A stretch of DNA of 64,000 nucleotides from Coraliomargarita sp. (lineage in GTDB: Bacteria; Verrucomicrobiota; Verrucomicrobiia; Opitutales; Coraliomargaritaceae): NCBI GenBank assembly GCA_965216325.1, contig OZ244160.1:1824001-1888000 (forward strand). Reading direction: 5' to 3'. Of this stretch, positions 10,530 through 21,748 are shown one piece after another. The notes below the pieces were generated by a model. That model was given only the letters and a program-made list of their open reading frames with translations. It had not been told where the DNA came from and searched no databases. A program made the translations under genes and the position numbers. The stretch's first letter is position 1. The number at the start of each line of letters is the position of its first letter.

Positions 10530-11273
10530 TTATCTAAATGTATCCCATGTGATGCCTTCTAGGGAGGGGGCTGCTTCAATTATCTTGTTATTCTTGTCTA
10601 TCAGGAGCGCGTGTATCCCTTTTTCACGTGTTGTGAACATAGATGCCTTGAAACCTTCAGTGAACATTGGGATAATCGCTGGATAACCAACTTGATGCTC
10701 TTGAAGAAAGTTTAGGAAATCCTCGTTCTTCATCGTAGTCGGTAGCATAAGAATCACTCCAATTTTGTTGTCAGCAAACTTGCTGTTGAGTTGATCGAGG
10801 CGTTTTAATGCAGCTGTGACATCTTCTGTGTCTTCAGGGAGTTCATTGATGAGAAAATAATCAAAATCAACGAATGCAGATTCCGCCATGGCGATTGTGT
10901 CGCTGTGCTCGTAGCTGAAGACTCGCCGGGCGATTTGGCTTAGGAACAGGCCAGCAATATTATCGTTGTTCTGAGCGATGCTGGCAAAATCGGTTTCGTT
11001 TGCTTCTAGCAAGTGTGTGCCACTTCGGTCGATGATTGCAATCTTGGCATCCGGATAAGCTCGAACAAAGGTGCATTGAATGCCTTTGGTCAGGATTTTT
11101 CTGCCATCTGGCCCGAACTTATCTTCACGAGGTGTTACATGGAGAGGCCACTTATTTGAGTTGGCGTAGATCTCCTTGTAGCTGAGTGGTTGTTGCTCTT
11201 GGCTGCTGAGGCTGATTGTTAGGCAGCACGGAAGTAAAGTAAGTAAGGCTGTAAGTTTAAGTGTTTTGTTCAT
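10530..11273 (-). CDS. Hypothetical exported protein, possibly with a thioredoxin-like C-terminal fold
   Basis: MNKTLKLTALLTLL signal-like start (ATG 11273); GIHALLIDKNNKII resembles the end of a redoxin fold; no CxxC. Confidence 0.6.
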   Translation of the reverse strand: MNKTLKLTALLTLLPCCLTISLSSQEQQPLSYKEIYANSNKWPLHVTPREDKFGPDGRKILTKGIQCTFVRAYPDAKIAIIDRSGTHLLEANETDFASIAQNNDNIAGLFLSQIARRVFSYEHSDTIAMAESAFVDFDYFLINELPEDTEDVTAALKRLDQLNSKFADNKIGVILMLPTTMKNEDFLNFLQEHQVGYPAIIPMFTEGFKASMFTTREKGIHALLIDKNNKIIEAAPSLEGITWDTFR

Positions 11274-11889
11274 TATCAAGAGTGTCATTACCGAAGCCTG
11301 GGGTGTTGAATTTATCGCGATTAGGCGGGTTCACGATGACCGGAACTTTAGTAAATGCCTCGAAGTCGATGATATCAGCATTGTTCTCTATATACCGTGC
11401 CACTGAGCCAGAGCTAGGGTTTGTATTGATGAAGTCCTGAAAGGCTTTTTCTGCTTCTGGGTTGTGCTGAAGGCTCCCATCAGTGCCACGTATCGCTTTG
11501 ATGAAGCGGCGGTGGTTTTGAAGGAGCAATTGATTGTTCTTGCTGAGCGAGGGGCTAGTGGAAATGGAACTCACAAGTGGGTGTCCGGTGCCAAAAGACT
11601 CTTCAATTGTAATCTTATAGGCGACGCCATGCTGAGTTAAATGCAGGCTTTTAGTTGCAGGGTTGAATTCAATGATTCGTATCCCATAGCGTTCGCGACC
11701 TTTTGTTAGCCAGAATGATGCCTGTCGGCTGTTATCGCGTAGGCTAAAACGTTCTTCGTTGTTATAGTTGAAATACCCAGTGAGGGACAGATTGATTCCT
11801 GAGTCTGAGGCGTAGGAGGCGCACACAAGCATCCCAGTTATGAATAACTTGTGGAATTTGTGTGCTGCTAAATTTGCCCATCTGATCAT
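11257..11889 (-). CDS. Hypothetical exported protein
   Basis: 210-aa ORF with a signal-like N-terminus, overlapping the downstream gene. Confidence 0.6.
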   Translation of the reverse strand: MIRWANLAAHKFHKLFITGMLVCASYASDSGINLSLTGYFNYNNEERFSLRDNSRQASFWLTKGRERYGIRIIEFNPATKSLHLTQHGVAYKITIEESFGTGHPLVSSISTSPSLSKNNQLLLQNHRRFIKAIRGTDGSLQHNPEAEKAFQDFINTNPSSGSVARYIENNADIIDFEAFTKVPVIVNPPNRDKFNTPGFGNDTLDNEQNT

Positions 11890-11935
11890 TACAGCAGATG
11901 AATGTCTCTATGGGGGACGGGGCAAAATAAAAAAT

Positions 11936-11953
11936 GTGACAATTTCGTTAAGT
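11936..11953 (-). promoter_or_regulatory. Pho-box-like repeat upstream of the 11889 gene
   Basis: Minus strand CTTAAC-gaaat-TGTCAC, 11-bp phasing. Confidence 0.4.
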
Positions 11954-11959
11954 GGGATT

Positions 11960-12736
11960 CTAGCGGGTTACACTTAACTCTAGGGGGGAGCCTTCGAAAT
12001 ACTCTTCGTAAATGCCGACGCCGACCATGACTTCATCTATCTGCATGAAGCTTGTTCCTGTCTCGGGAGAATTGAGCAGTAGGTTTTTTGCTACCGTGAT
12101 ACCTGAAACTGATGTTAAATTTGAAGGCATGGAGACTGAGGTGATTGCATTGCCTTTGTAGCTGATAATTTTACTGATCAGATAATTCTCTTCCGATAGA
12201 TAGAATTCGTAGTGTTTGTTTGGCTTATTTTTCTCTGTAGCGGTTATGATTTGGTGTATCTTACCTTCATAGCTTTTGACGCCTGAGTGCTTTAGCTTGG
12301 CATTGTTTTGCCAAAGGTGCATGAGTTTCGGCAGAACTTGAGCCTCATCTTCCAGTTGCTCTGCTTCATTAGGTGTGAGTGTCTGGTGGGCAAGCGTCTC
12401 GCCGCCCGCGATACGCGTTGCGGTCCACGCCTCTCTGCCATCGTGTGCACGTATGATTTGAATGAACTGCTCCTCTTTGCCTGGGATGGGCATGGTGATC
12501 GTTGCGCGGATCTGATTGGGGCGCTTCTTAATAATGCAGAAATCCACTAGCTGTCCGTCGCGCTCGATGGTGCCGGTAGTGCGTATGCTCTCTACCTTAT
12601 TCCAATCGCGTAGGCCGCCCATCGCGTCCGCATGTTTGCGGAGGATGTCTTGGAGCTCTCTTTCTTTGCTCACGTCCGCACTGGATAGGGCCGAGAATAG
12701 TGTCCAGATAAGTAGTAGGGTTGTGCAGGTTTTCAC
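11960..12736 (-). CDS. Exported LolA-like / outer-membrane lipoprotein-sorting family protein
   Basis: Signal peptide; ILRKHADAMGG..W.KVESI..TGT, KRPNQIR, HDGREAW motifs; GTG start. Confidence 0.65.
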   Translation of the reverse strand: MKTCTTLLLIWTLFSALSSADVSKERELQDILRKHADAMGGLRDWNKVESIRTTGTIERDGQLVDFCIIKKRPNQIRATITMPIPGKEEQFIQIIRAHDGREAWTATRIAGGETLAHQTLTPNEAEQLEDEAQVLPKLMHLWQNNAKLKHSGVKSYEGKIHQIITATEKNKPNKHYEFYLSEENYLISKIISYKGNAITSVSMPSNLTSVSGITVAKNLLLNSPETGTSFMQIDEVMVGVGIYEEYFEGSPLELSVTR

Positions 12737-12895
12737 ACAACTAATATACCTCAGCTATCGCTTGTTGGACAATGAACGTCCTGGTGACAACGGTTAAGCT
12801 TTGGCGACGCTGTTACGGTTGCCGGTGGAGTGTGGCAGAGTTTGCGATTCTGTAACTGCTGTGACGATTTTCCGCAAAGAATGCGAAGTGCAAAC

Positions 12896-12978
12896 TGGAG
12901 GGCAACGCTCCGCCGTTGCCATGATCACTCTTGTGAGCCTAATCTTGCGTGGTGGCATCGACGGAGCGTTGCCCTCCA
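12896..12978. repeat. REPIN-like inverted doublet (26-bp arms)
   Basis: TGGAGGGCAACGCTCCGCCGTTGCCA (12896-12921) and its inverted copy (12953-12978) with 2 mismatches. Confidence 0.8.
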
Positions 12979-13040
12979 ATTGGTGGGGACGAATTGTGGC
13001 TTATGATGTGTATAACTACTGCGGTTGGTTGCTATACTGA

Positions 13041-13068
13041 GGGCGGGCGCGTCAAGTCGCGCCCCTAC
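13041..13068 (-). repeat. GTAG-family REP element
   Basis: Minus strand GTAGGGGCGCGACTTGACGCGCCCGCCC; related copy at 28917-28944. Confidence 0.75.
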
Positions 13069-13074
13069 GAAACG

Positions 13075-13103
13075 AAAAAAGGCAGCCGCGTCTGCGACTG
13101 CCT
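13075..13103 (-). terminator. Intrinsic terminator of the TonB2-type operon
   Basis: Minus strand GGCAGTCGC-agac-GCGGCTGCC-TTTTTT. Confidence 0.85.
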
Positions 13104-13128
13104 TAGTTAAATTAAAGAGCGATGTAGA

Positions 13129-14496
13129 CTAACTTTGAGATTTAGCTGCTCTCTCTACGCGCGCAAGATAGTCTTGCAGGTTGTTGTCGTGCTTGAGCTT
13201 GAGGGCTTTGCGGATCATGGGCACGGCTTCGACGTAGTTGCCGTTACGCACGAGTGTCTGCGCGTGTGCAACGAGTGCGTCGCGTTCGTAGGCTTCGATC
13301 TTCTTGGCTTCGTCATAGCGAGTAGTGGCTTCGGGAAGCATGCCCTTGTCGGCGTAGTTGTTCGCAAGCTCGATCATGGCTTCGCCGTTCAGGACGTCTT
13401 GCTCCACAATTTTGATGAGCGTTGCGATTGCGGCGTCGGTGTCGCCTTCGGAGCGAGCGATCTTAGCAGTGAGGGTCAGCAGTTCAAGGTCTTGGTCTTG
13501 TGTGAGTGATTCGCCAAGCTTTTCGCGAGTCTTCGCGATCATCTTCTTGGATTCTTCGTAGTTACCGGTGCGTGTGAGAATGTCAGCCGCACGAACGAGG
13601 GCTTTGCCATCGTCTGGCCCGACGATTTCAGTCGCAGCGAGGTAAGCGTTGAGTGCCAGTGTGGGCGACTCGTTGTTCATGTAGATGTCCCCGAGGAGGG
13701 TGAGGGTGCTGATGTTAGCCTTGCCCATGCGGCGAACGATTTCGAGGTTCTTGGCGGCAACCAGTGGCTTGCCTGTGCCGAGGTAAGCGTTGCTCTGAAG
13801 TAGCCAGAAGTCGGTGTTGTCTGGTTGGTCCTTCAGGAGCGTGTCGAACAGTGCAATCGCGACGTCGAAGCGCTCGGTTTCGAGCAGGCAGCGAGCGAGG
13901 CCGACCTTCCAGTCGTTCACTTCAGGCTGCATCAGGATTGCTTGGCGATACGCTGCATCGGCTGCGTAGTAGCGCTCTTCAGTCAGGTAAGCGTATCCAA
14001 GAAGTCCATACGAACGTCCGTCGACTTCGCCGAGGTCCATTGCTTTGGAGATGACTGGAATCGCTTCCTTGAACTTGCCAGCTTGCACGAGCACGAGGCC
14101 AAGGTTCTTGTAGGCACGACGGAAGTCTGGGTGCTTCTTGGTCGCAGTCAGATAAAATTGCTGGGCCTTTTCTAAATTACCTTCCTGGAAGTAAAGGTTT
14201 GCGAGAATGAAGTCGAAGGCCGCGCTGGTGTCCGCAGTGATCTGTGGTTCGAGTTGTTGAATCGCGACCTTTGGACTGGCTTTGATCAGGTCGATCAAGC
14301 CACGCAGTGCTTCCTTCTCTTCTTCAGAGATCTTTGGCTCGTAGCCTGCTAGAAAGCCGTAGTCGCCGAGGAATTCCTTAATAAAGGTTGGGTTGTCCCA
14401 TTGGTTGATGGCCGGATTCGGCAGGTCGGATTGTGCGCTGAGGCTGCTAGCTGCAAGGTTGGCCCCAAGAAGAATGCTTTGGATGTATGTGCGCAT
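13129..14496 (-). CDS. Periplasmic tetratricopeptide-repeat protein (TtpD-like)
   Basis: Signal peptide; multiple TPRs (e.g. [28 protein letters not shown]); last gene of the TonB operon. Confidence 0.88.
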   Translation of the reverse strand: MRTYIQSILLGANLAASSLSAQSDLPNPAINQWDNPTFIKEFLGDYGFLAGYEPKISEEEKEALRGLIDLIKASPKVAIQQLEPQITADTSAAFDFILANLYFQEGNLEKAQQFYLTATKKHPDFRRAYKNLGLVLVQAGKFKEAIPVISKAMDLGEVDGRSYGLLGYAYLTEERYYAADAAYRQAILMQPEVNDWKVGLARCLLETERFDVAIALFDTLLKDQPDNTDFWLLQSNAYLGTGKPLVAAKNLEIVRRMGKANISTLTLLGDIYMNNESPTLALNAYLAATEIVGPDDGKALVRAADILTRTGNYEESKKMIAKTREKLGESLTQDQDLELLTLTAKIARSEGDTDAAIATLIKIVEQDVLNGEAMIELANNYADKGMLPEATTRYDEAKKIEAYERDALVAHAQTLVRNGNYVEAVPMIRKALKLKHDNNLQDYLARVERAAKSQS

Positions 14497-14539
14497 GATT
14501 TATTGAGTTGGAAAGTCTGAACGTAGAATGTGGGAAGGT

Positions 14540-15187
14540 TTACTTGAATGGAACTGCTGCGAACATGCGGACCTTAACGGGTTTGTTGCCTTTGGTTGCT
14601 GGTTCGAAGCGGGTGCGCTTGATGGTATTGACTACGGCTTTGCTCAGCAGGTCGGATGGAGATTCCTTCACGTTGATGCTCTCAACGATACCCTTCTCAC
14701 TGACGATGTATTCGATGCGAACGACGCCTGTGATGCGCTTGGCCTTGGCTGGTTTCTTGAACTCAACCTGAGTCTTTGGCTTTGGCGGAGAGTCCACATC
14801 GCCGAGGTCAAAAATTTCGAGTCCGCCCAGATCCTTCTGTCCAACTTCGAAGGATGGTAATGCGAAGTCGCCACCCATCGCTCCACCCGTGCCAGGTTCC
14901 AGTGCCATGTCGAGCATGTCGAGTGATAGTGGAGGAGGCGGTGTGTCGAGTTCGGGTGGTGGTTCCTCTTGCTCCGGTTCTGGTGGGGGAGGAGGCTCAT
15001 CTGGTGGTGGCGGTGGAGGCGGGGGAGCGACTGCGATTGCGTCGATTTCCTCACTTGGTGGCGGTGGCGCAGTGAAAATCTGCGACAAGGCAAGACCGAC
15101 AAAAATGAGCACACTCATCGCCAAGCCAAAGAGCGCACCGCCTACGAGGGTGCCTTTTCCTTGGGGTGGTTTGTATACGGATGACAT
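14540..15187 (-). CDS. tonB: Energy transducer TonB
   Basis: N-terminal TM, polyproline linker, C-terminal TonB domain (ITGVVRIEYIVSEKG...RFEPATKGNKPV). Confidence 0.9.
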   Translation of the reverse strand: MSSVYKPPQGKGTLVGGALFGLAMSVLIFVGLALSQIFTAPPPPSEEIDAIAVAPPPPPPPPDEPPPPPEPEQEEPPPELDTPPPPLSLDMLDMALEPGTGGAMGGDFALPSFEVGQKDLGGLEIFDLGDVDSPPKPKTQVEFKKPAKAKRITGVVRIEYIVSEKGIVESINVKESPSDLLSKAVVNTIKRTRFEPATKGNKPVKVRMFAAVPFK

Positions 15188-15288
15188 CTACTAAAGTGTG
15201 AAAGTTAAAAGTGGGAATGTGGGAAGGTGTTAGAATAGTTACTTTATACTTTGCTACATACACACCTTCATACGCTCGCCTTAGCGAG

Positions 15289-15687
<399 letters not shown>

Positions 15688-15734
15688 TTTACTAAAGGTT
15701 TGAAAGTGAAATGTATGAAAGTGGGAAGGTTGGC

Positions 15735-16316
15735 TTAATCGAGGTTCAGCTTGGTGAGGCTGAGGGATTCGATGCGTGCGAGTGCAGCTTCAATCGCGTG
15801 TTTACGTCGTCGGATGATGAGCGTCAGGAAGATGCCTGGTAGGGCGATGAACAGGCCGGTCTGTGTGGTGATTAGCGCTTCAGAAATACCTGCAGCGACC
15901 ACGTCGACGGTTTCGGCACCAGCGCTGGCGGAAAGACCTGCGAAGGTGGCGAGCATACCGATGACAGTTCCGAGGAGTCCCATGAGTGGAGCCGCAGCGA
16001 CGAGTGTATTCAAGAACACGAGTTGGCGCTCAATCTTGTGGAGCAGGGACTGGCGGACTTCTTCGAAACGGTAACGCACGTGCTTCGCGGCGGTAACGTT
16101 TTCCTGAGTGTAGCGAATGATCTCGCCGGCACGCCCCTCGGCTTTGGAGGGATCGTTTATCCAGTTGAGCCATGCACTCTCGTTGCAGAGCTGGACGTTG
16201 CCCTTGCGCAGGAACAGAAGTAGCTGAATGCCCATCGAGTAAATCACCACGGCCAGCAGGGCGAGTGGGATCATGACCCATCCGCCGCTAACCCAGATGT
16301 CTATGAACTTTTGCAT
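15735..16316 (-). CDS. exbB: ExbB (MotA/TolQ/ExbB proton channel)
   Basis: [27 protein letters not shown]. Confidence 0.92.
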   Translation of the reverse strand: MQKFIDIWVSGGWVMIPLALLAVVIYSMGIQLLLFLRKGNVQLCNESAWLNWINDPSKAEGRAGEIIRYTQENVTAAKHVRYRFEEVRQSLLHKIERQLVFLNTLVAAAPLMGLLGTVIGMLATFAGLSASAGAETVDVVAAGISEALITTQTGLFIALPGIFLTLIIRRRKHAIEAALARIESLSLTKLNLD

Positions 16317-16343
16317 GGGAAGTGTGGCTGCGAGTTAAGCGGC

Positions 16344-17753
16344 TTACTGTTCCTTATTCTTGTTGCCGATGACGCCGTTAATGAAGCCAACTGCAGATTG
16401 TTCCATGTCGCCGATCTTCTGGCGCGCCATGCGAGAGAGCACACCGTGTAGAATCAAAGCAGGAATCGCGACAACCAGACCAAGTGCCGTGGTCACCAAG
16501 GCTTCAGAGATACCAGAGGACAGGCTCTTTGCGTCACCGGTGCCGAAGATGGTGATCAACTGGAAGGTTTTGATCATGCCGGTCACGGTTCCGAGAAGAC
16601 CAAGGAGCGGTGCAGCTGCTGCAGTCAATGCCATGAACGGCAGGAAACGCTCAAGCTTCGGGCGAACTGCGAGGATCTTCTCGTAAAGGATTTCTTCAAG
16701 AGTGCCGCGCTTTTCGTCGGCACAAGCAACACCCTTGCGGATCAAGTCGCCACCGGCACCCGGCATGTCCGCGGCGATCTTAGCGGCTTCGTCTTGCTTG
16801 CCGCTCTCGAGAGAGCTGAGCACTTGTTGGATCTTTTCTGGCTGAGCGGTTTTGAAGCTGGTGATTTCGCCGATCTTGATGAGGCCAAGAATCAAGCAAA
16901 CACCGCCGAGGCCAAGAATGACATAACCAACGATGCCACCTTGTTGCACGCGCTCGCCGAGGCCGATGCTGCCTTGTTCGATCTTAAGCGCCTTACCTAG
17001 GGTGACGTCAGCTGGGAGCTCACCTTTGCCCGTTTCGACGAGTTGGCGAATACCTGCGGAAAACTCGACGCCTGGAACGGCAACCGCAGCTTCAGCAGCG
17101 TTGAGCTTAGTCACTGCCAGGCCTGCGAGGTCGGACTGTGACGAGGCGAAGTATACATTGGGGCCAAAGGTTGCAAACTTGCCTTCGACGATGTCGCCAT
17201 TTGGTGCGAGTGCGAGACCTTCAAACTGGTAGCCGCCGACGAGTTTTTCGAGGCGATCCAAGGCGACGCCGATGACTTCAACCTGCTTGGAGAAGCGGTC
17301 GGCTTGAGTCATGTCGGAATCTTCAAGTGCAAGCTTTGCTTCCTTGGTTGCGTCCAGGTAGAGCTGTTGCTCGGAGTAGTCGATGCGTGTTTCGAAGGAG
17401 CGAACAAACTCGTCGAGCAGGCCAGCTGCGTATTCGTTTTGAGCCTTGATACCGTCCACTTGCTCTTTGAGGCGAAGCAGACCGCTCTCAGTGTTGTCCC
17501 GCAGGTTGCGGAGGCGCTTGATTTCGTTGTCTTGCTGACGAACTTCGTCTTCAAGTTTGGAAACTTCGCGAATAAGAGGGATCTTTTCCTTAGCGATGTT
17601 TGCGCGTGTGGTGCTCAGCTCTTTGATCGCTTGGTCGAGGTCAGCCTTGGCTTGCTGCTCGGCTTGACTGAAGGATTGCGCCTGTATGCTACTGAATGGC
17701 AATGCGAGTGCCGCAGCGGTGAGCGCGAGGAGAGATTTTGCTTTAGTTTGCAT
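16344..17753 (-). CDS. TtpC-like long MotA/TolQ/ExbB protein with periplasmic coiled coil
   Basis: Probable ATG at 17753 ([11 protein letters not shown] signal); coiled coil; [34 protein letters not shown]. Confidence 0.88.
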   Translation of the reverse strand: MQTKAKSLLALTAAALALPFSSIQAQSFSQAEQQAKADLDQAIKELSTTRANIAKEKIPLIREVSKLEDEVRQQDNEIKRLRNLRDNTESGLLRLKEQVDGIKAQNEYAAGLLDEFVRSFETRIDYSEQQLYLDATKEAKLALEDSDMTQADRFSKQVEVIGVALDRLEKLVGGYQFEGLALAPNGDIVEGKFATFGPNVYFASSQSDLAGLAVTKLNAAEAAVAVPGVEFSAGIRQLVETGKGELPADVTLGKALKIEQGSIGLGERVQQGGIVGYVILGLGGVCLILGLIKIGEITSFKTAQPEKIQQVLSSLESGKQDEAAKIAADMPGAGGDLIRKGVACADEKRGTLEEILYEKILAVRPKLERFLPFMALTAAAAPLLGLLGTVTGMIKTFQLITIFGTGDAKSLSSGISEALVTTALGLVVAIPALILHGVLSRMARQKIGDMEQSAVGFINGVIGNKNKEQ

Positions 17754-17772
17754 GGTAATGCGAAAGTTAGGC

Positions 17773-18528
17773 TTAGTTAATTCGAGCAGGGACTGGGACG
17801 AACGCAGGTTCGAGGCCTTCATAGATATTGATAAGCTGTTTGATCTGTGGACCGGCACCTGCAACTTCAGGCCAATCCCAACCTTCTGCGCTCGGAACGC
17901 CGATGCCTGCGTAATTGCCGGAGTCGTCGACATAGTAAGCCATTGCGAGGCCCCAGTAGATGGTGGTGACTTGCACGATCTTGCCTTCGCTGATTTCGCG
18001 GGACTCGCTGGTGATGGTCAGTGTGGTGTTGAACTTGTCTGTTTGGCTGAGGATACCGACGATGTTTTGCACGCGCTCACCCATTGAGAGCTTGGTGTCT
18101 TCCGGGTTGTCTGGAAGGCGACGAATGAGTGGCTTGAGCTTTTCAAGCAGTGGAAGTGGCAGAGTCTTAACGATTGCCTTCATTTGAGTTTCCAGTGCGC
18201 CGATCTGGTTAAGCACAACAGCGGAGCCTGCTTCGAGCTCATCCTTTTCTGCAGTCAACTTCGCGCGGTCTTCGGTCGCGGTCGTCGCTGTTTCTTCCAG
18301 CTCCTTGATCGCTTGGTTGAGGCGCTCGAGCTCGTTGCTCAAAAGTGTCTGTGTGTCTGTTAGGATGGATTGCTCCAGCTTCCAGTCGCTTTGCTCCTTA
18401 GAGATGAGCTGGTTCGTCTCGACCCATTGGTCGAGCACGTTGCGTGTGTTCTGGAGGTCGTCCGCGTGGGCAATCTGCATGAAGGAAGCGGCTCCGAGAG
18501 CCAGTCCGAGTAAAAGTTTTGCTTTCAT
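17773..18528 (-). CDS. DUF3450-family (TtpB-like) periplasmic coiled-coil protein
   Basis: Signal peptide, coiled coil, C-terminal GWDW..PAFVPVP; first gene of the TonB2-type gene order. Confidence 0.72.
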   Translation of the reverse strand: MKAKLLLGLALGAASFMQIAHADDLQNTRNVLDQWVETNQLISKEQSDWKLEQSILTDTQTLLSNELERLNQAIKELEETATTATEDRAKLTAEKDELEAGSAVVLNQIGALETQMKAIVKTLPLPLLEKLKPLIRRLPDNPEDTKLSMGERVQNIVGILSQTDKFNTTLTITSESREISEGKIVQVTTIYWGLAMAYYVDDSGNYAGIGVPSAEGWDWPEVAGAGPQIKQLINIYEGLEPAFVPVPARIN

Positions 18529-18598
18529 AAGGTTTACTGAAAGCGACGGAACTAGCAGAAAGATTTTTAAAATGAAAGAAACCTAAAGTTAAGCTTCC

Positions 18599-18624
18599 GT
18601 GACAAATGTTACAGCGGGGTGAAG
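18599..18624 (-). promoter_or_regulatory. Pho-box-like repeats upstream of the TonB2-type operon
   Basis: Minus strand CTTCAC-(11)-TGTAAC-(9)-TGTCAC in the divergent region shared with phoB. Confidence 0.45.
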
Positions 18625-18863
18625 GCCTGATGCCTTATGTTAATTGCGTTTTTGCTACACGAATTTTTATGCCTCGCACTTTTGTTACGAGCAGGTTTCA
18701 TTCGAGTTACGCGGCCGTGAAACATTGCATGCGCGAGCCTTGCTTGCTTGCACCTTTCAGTTTCGATGCTCAAAGGAAGGCAACAGTTATGCAAACCTGA
18801 TGTGGCGAATATGCTTTCTACTAGCCAGCCGCAGACTAATTGAATAAAGTTGGGATACAAAAA

Positions 18864-19565
18864 ATGAGCGCAAATAATGTGAATCGCATTCTGGTCGTTG
18901 ATGATGAGCCGGATGTTACCGAGCTGCTGAAATACAAGCTGGAGCAGGAGGGCTATCAGTGTGAGGTGCTGAATGATCCGCTCGCCTTCGTCGCAGCGGT
19001 GCGCGATTTTCAACCAAACCTGATGGTTCTGGATATCATGATGCCGGAGTTGAATGGTTTGCAGCTCTGCCGGATCGCGCGCTCGGACCCTGCGATGAAA
19101 GATGTGCCGATTATTTTCCTCACTGCTCGTGGTGAAGCAGAAGATCGTGTGATGGGTTTGGAGACCGGCGCGGATGATTATGTTTCTAAGCCGTTTAACA
19201 CCAAGGAGTTGATGCTTCGGGTTGGGAAGATTCTGGAGCGAGGGTCAAAGGCTGTGGAAGTACCTGCATCTGTTCGCATGCAGATTGGAGGTGTGGTTAT
19301 TGATGAGGAGTTGCACCAGTTACTTGTTGATAATCAACAGGTTGTGTTGACTGCTACTGAATTCCGCCTGTTGAAATTACTTATGGAGCGAAAGGGGCGC
19401 GTTCAGTCTCGCGAGAATCTCTTGGTGAATGTCTGGCACTATGACACTGACATCGAGACCCGCACGGTAGACACGCACGTGCGTCGTCTTCGTGAAAAAC
19501 TGGGACCCTATGCGCATCTGATCGAGACGGTGCGTGGTGTTGGCTACCGCGCAGTCGAAATTTAG
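18864..19565 (+). CDS. phoB: OmpR/PhoB-family response regulator (PhoB/PhoP-like)
   Basis: ILVVDDE, LDIMMP, VPIIFLTARGE, GLETGADDYVSKPF, LTATEFRLL, TRTVDTHVRRLR, ETVRGVGYR; ATG 18864. Confidence 0.85.
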   Translation: MSANNVNRILVVDDEPDVTELLKYKLEQEGYQCEVLNDPLAFVAAVRDFQPNLMVLDIMMPELNGLQLCRIARSDPAMKDVPIIFLTARGEAEDRVMGLETGADDYVSKPFNTKELMLRVGKILERGSKAVEVPASVRMQIGGVVIDEELHQLLVDNQQVVLTATEFRLLKLLMERKGRVQSRENLLVNVWHYDTDIETRTVDTHVRRLREKLGPYAHLIETVRGVGYRAVEI

Positions 19566-19625
19566 GCTGCGTTTGTTCGGTTGCCACTGGCTTGGGAACT
19601 GTCAAATACTGCCTAAGTTAAATCG

Positions 19626-20915
19626 ATGACTGTGTTATTCGGGATAATTGCCGTTGCTGCGGTACTGTTTCTCTTGGGCTATATCCTCAAGACGCGTAAA
19701 ATGGTGCGTGATCTCAAGGATGCGGTGCAGGCGGAGCGTCGTTTGTTGCTGGAAGGGGAGTCGAGGCGACTGCAAACGCTTGGATTCTACGGATTGGTAG
19801 ATTCGATCAATAAGCTGGTAGATCGCTATAATGCCTACGCGGTTGAGAGCTCAGGGTATTCCAATCAGGTTGAGGCCATGCTCGGCTCGATTCAGGAGGC
19901 GGTGCTAATTTTTGATTCCACGCGCCGGACTATTGAGTTCGCGAACGAATCGGCCCAGCGACTGTTCCAGCATGGGCGCCTGCTAAAAGGGGCGCGGCTT
20001 GAATCCGCCTTGCGCTCTACTAGCTTGCTAGAGTTCCTCAATGCGCCACGCAATACTGAGGATACCGCGCGCAGTCAGATTACTCTGGAGCGGCGTGGTG
20101 AAGAGCTCTGGTTTGAGATTTCCTGTTCGCAGGTGCGTGGAATTGGTAATGAGGGCACTAGCTCGACCTTGCTGGTGATGCACGACATCACTCGGCTTAA
20201 GAGCCTTGAAATGGTGCGCCGAGACTTCGTGGCGAATGTCTCTCATGAGCTGCGCACGCCGCTGACGATCATCAAGGGGTTCGCGGAAACTCTCGTTGAG
20301 GACAATGCCACACTGCCGGTTGAGGCGCGTGCACGCTTCCTCGATAAAATCGTCAACAATGCGGAGCGCTTGCACGTCTTAGTAGAAGACTTGCTGACGC
20401 TGTCTCGTCTCGAGTCGAAGCCTGATCAGTTTGATCCGACTGCGCACTCGTTGCGCCAACTGTTTGAGGATACCTTGGAAAACTACAAGACGCGTTTAGA
20501 CGAGAGTTCACAGCGTATGGAGCTGGAATTTGATGAGCGGGTAGGGGACTTTGCTTTTGATCGTTTTCGCATCAATCAAGTGGTCGATAACCTGGTGGAG
20601 AATGCCTTCCGCTATGCGCCGGACTTTAGCATGCTGAAGCTTAAAGTTGATTATGAAGAGGACGAGAAGATGGTTCTCTGTTCCGTACAGGACGACGGGC
20701 CGGGGATTCCGGAGAAGGATGTAGAGCATATTTTTGAACGTTTCTATCGGGTGGATAAAGGGCGCTCGCGGGAGACTGGTGGCACGGGGCTAGGGCTTAG
20801 CATCATGAAGCATATTGTGCAATTACACGGTGGCCGCGTGTATGCGGAGAGTGCCGAAGGGGAGGGGACGATTATTCACTTCTCGCTGCCGTATCGGGCT
20901 GCGGCTGGAAAGTAG
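19626..20915 (+). CDS. phoR: PhoR-like PAS sensor histidine kinase
   Basis: LVMHDITRLKSLEMVRRDFVANVSHELRTPLT; FERFYRVDKGRSRETGGTGLGLSI. Confidence 0.88.
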   Translation: MTVLFGIIAVAAVLFLLGYILKTRKMVRDLKDAVQAERRLLLEGESRRLQTLGFYGLVDSINKLVDRYNAYAVESSGYSNQVEAMLGSIQEAVLIFDSTRRTIEFANESAQRLFQHGRLLKGARLESALRSTSLLEFLNAPRNTEDTARSQITLERRGEELWFEISCSQVRGIGNEGTSSTLLVMHDITRLKSLEMVRRDFVANVSHELRTPLTIIKGFAETLVEDNATLPVEARARFLDKIVNNAERLHVLVEDLLTLSRLESKPDQFDPTAHSLRQLFEDTLENYKTRLDESSQRMELEFDERVGDFAFDRFRINQVVDNLVENAFRYAPDFSMLKLKVDYEEDEKMVLCSVQDDGPGIPEKDVEHIFERFYRVDKGRSRETGGTGLGLSIMKHIVQLHGGRVYAESAEGEGTIIHFSLPYRAAAGK

Positions 20916-21028
20916 AGCCGTGCAGTGCTTTCAGTCGCTTTAATTCAGTCCTGATCGAAAGCGGCAAGATGCTGCTTCTACTTTAGAAAACTTGACCATC
21001 GGCGAGAGGCTTGTGCATAACGCGCTCT

Positions 21029-21625
21029 ATGGAAATTACAGAAGCACACGCCCGAGAACTGGAAAAGCAGCGCATCCGTAAGGAAGAGCTGCGCGCTGAA
21101 TGTGAAGGCGTGCTCGAGGGCGTGGACCGCATACTCTTTGAAGCGGGCTGTGGTCATGGCCACTGGTTGACCGATTACGCGGAGGATACGCCGGATCAAT
21201 TCTGCATTGGGATTGACCTGATTTCGCTGCGCATCCGGAAGGGGCTCGCGAAGCGTGATAAGCGTGGTCTGAAGAATCTACATTTTATCAAGGCCGAGCT
21301 TGGTGAGTTCCTCGAAGTGCTACCGGAGCGCGTGCGCTTTGACATGACCGTGTTGCTGTTTCCGGACCCATGGCCCAAGGCGAAGCACCACCGCCGGCGT
21401 ATGGTGCAGCCGGACTTCCTGAGTGAAGTCGCCAAGCGCACGGATAAGGGCGGCACCTTCTGCTTCCGTTCCGATGATCGCCCCTACTTTGATTGGACCG
21501 TCGAACACTTGCAGGATCATCCGGAATGGGAGATCGATCCGGATGCGCAGTGGCCTTATGAGCGCGAGACCTATTTCCAGAGCCTGATGGACGAGTATTT
21601 CTCGGTGATCGCGCGTCGAGTGTAA
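21029..21625 (+). CDS. trmB: tRNA (guanine-N7)-methyltransferase
   Basis: [30 protein letters not shown]. Confidence 0.9.
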   Translation: MEITEAHARELEKQRIRKEELRAECEGVLEGVDRILFEAGCGHGHWLTDYAEDTPDQFCIGIDLISLRIRKGLAKRDKRGLKNLHFIKAELGEFLEVLPERVRFDMTVLLFPDPWPKAKHHRRRMVQPDFLSEVAKRTDKGGTFCFRSDDRPYFDWTVEHLQDHPEWEIDPDAQWPYERETYFQSLMDEYFSVIARRV

Positions 21626-21748
21626 AGGGTAGGGCAGCCTCGCCGAGGCTGCCGTCAGAATATTTGTTAAGTCAGTGCTTTGATTCGCAGGAGCATTTGG
21701 CTTGGTTGCCGAACGGCTGTCTCGGCGAGACAGCCCTAGCTTTACACT
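21619..21748. repeat. REPIN-like inverted REP doublet between convergent genes
   Basis: GTAGGGCAGCCTCGCCGAGGCTGCCGTC (21629-21656) and inverted CTAGGGCTGTCTCGCCGAGACAGCCGTT (21712-21739). Confidence 0.8.

Noticed and set aside
14889..15194. Gly/Ser-rich ORF
   Set aside because: Reverse complement of the TonB polyproline linker
17754..17933. N-terminal extension of the 529-aa ExbB-like ORF
   Set aside because: Overlaps the upstream gene; the signal peptide starts at ATG 17753
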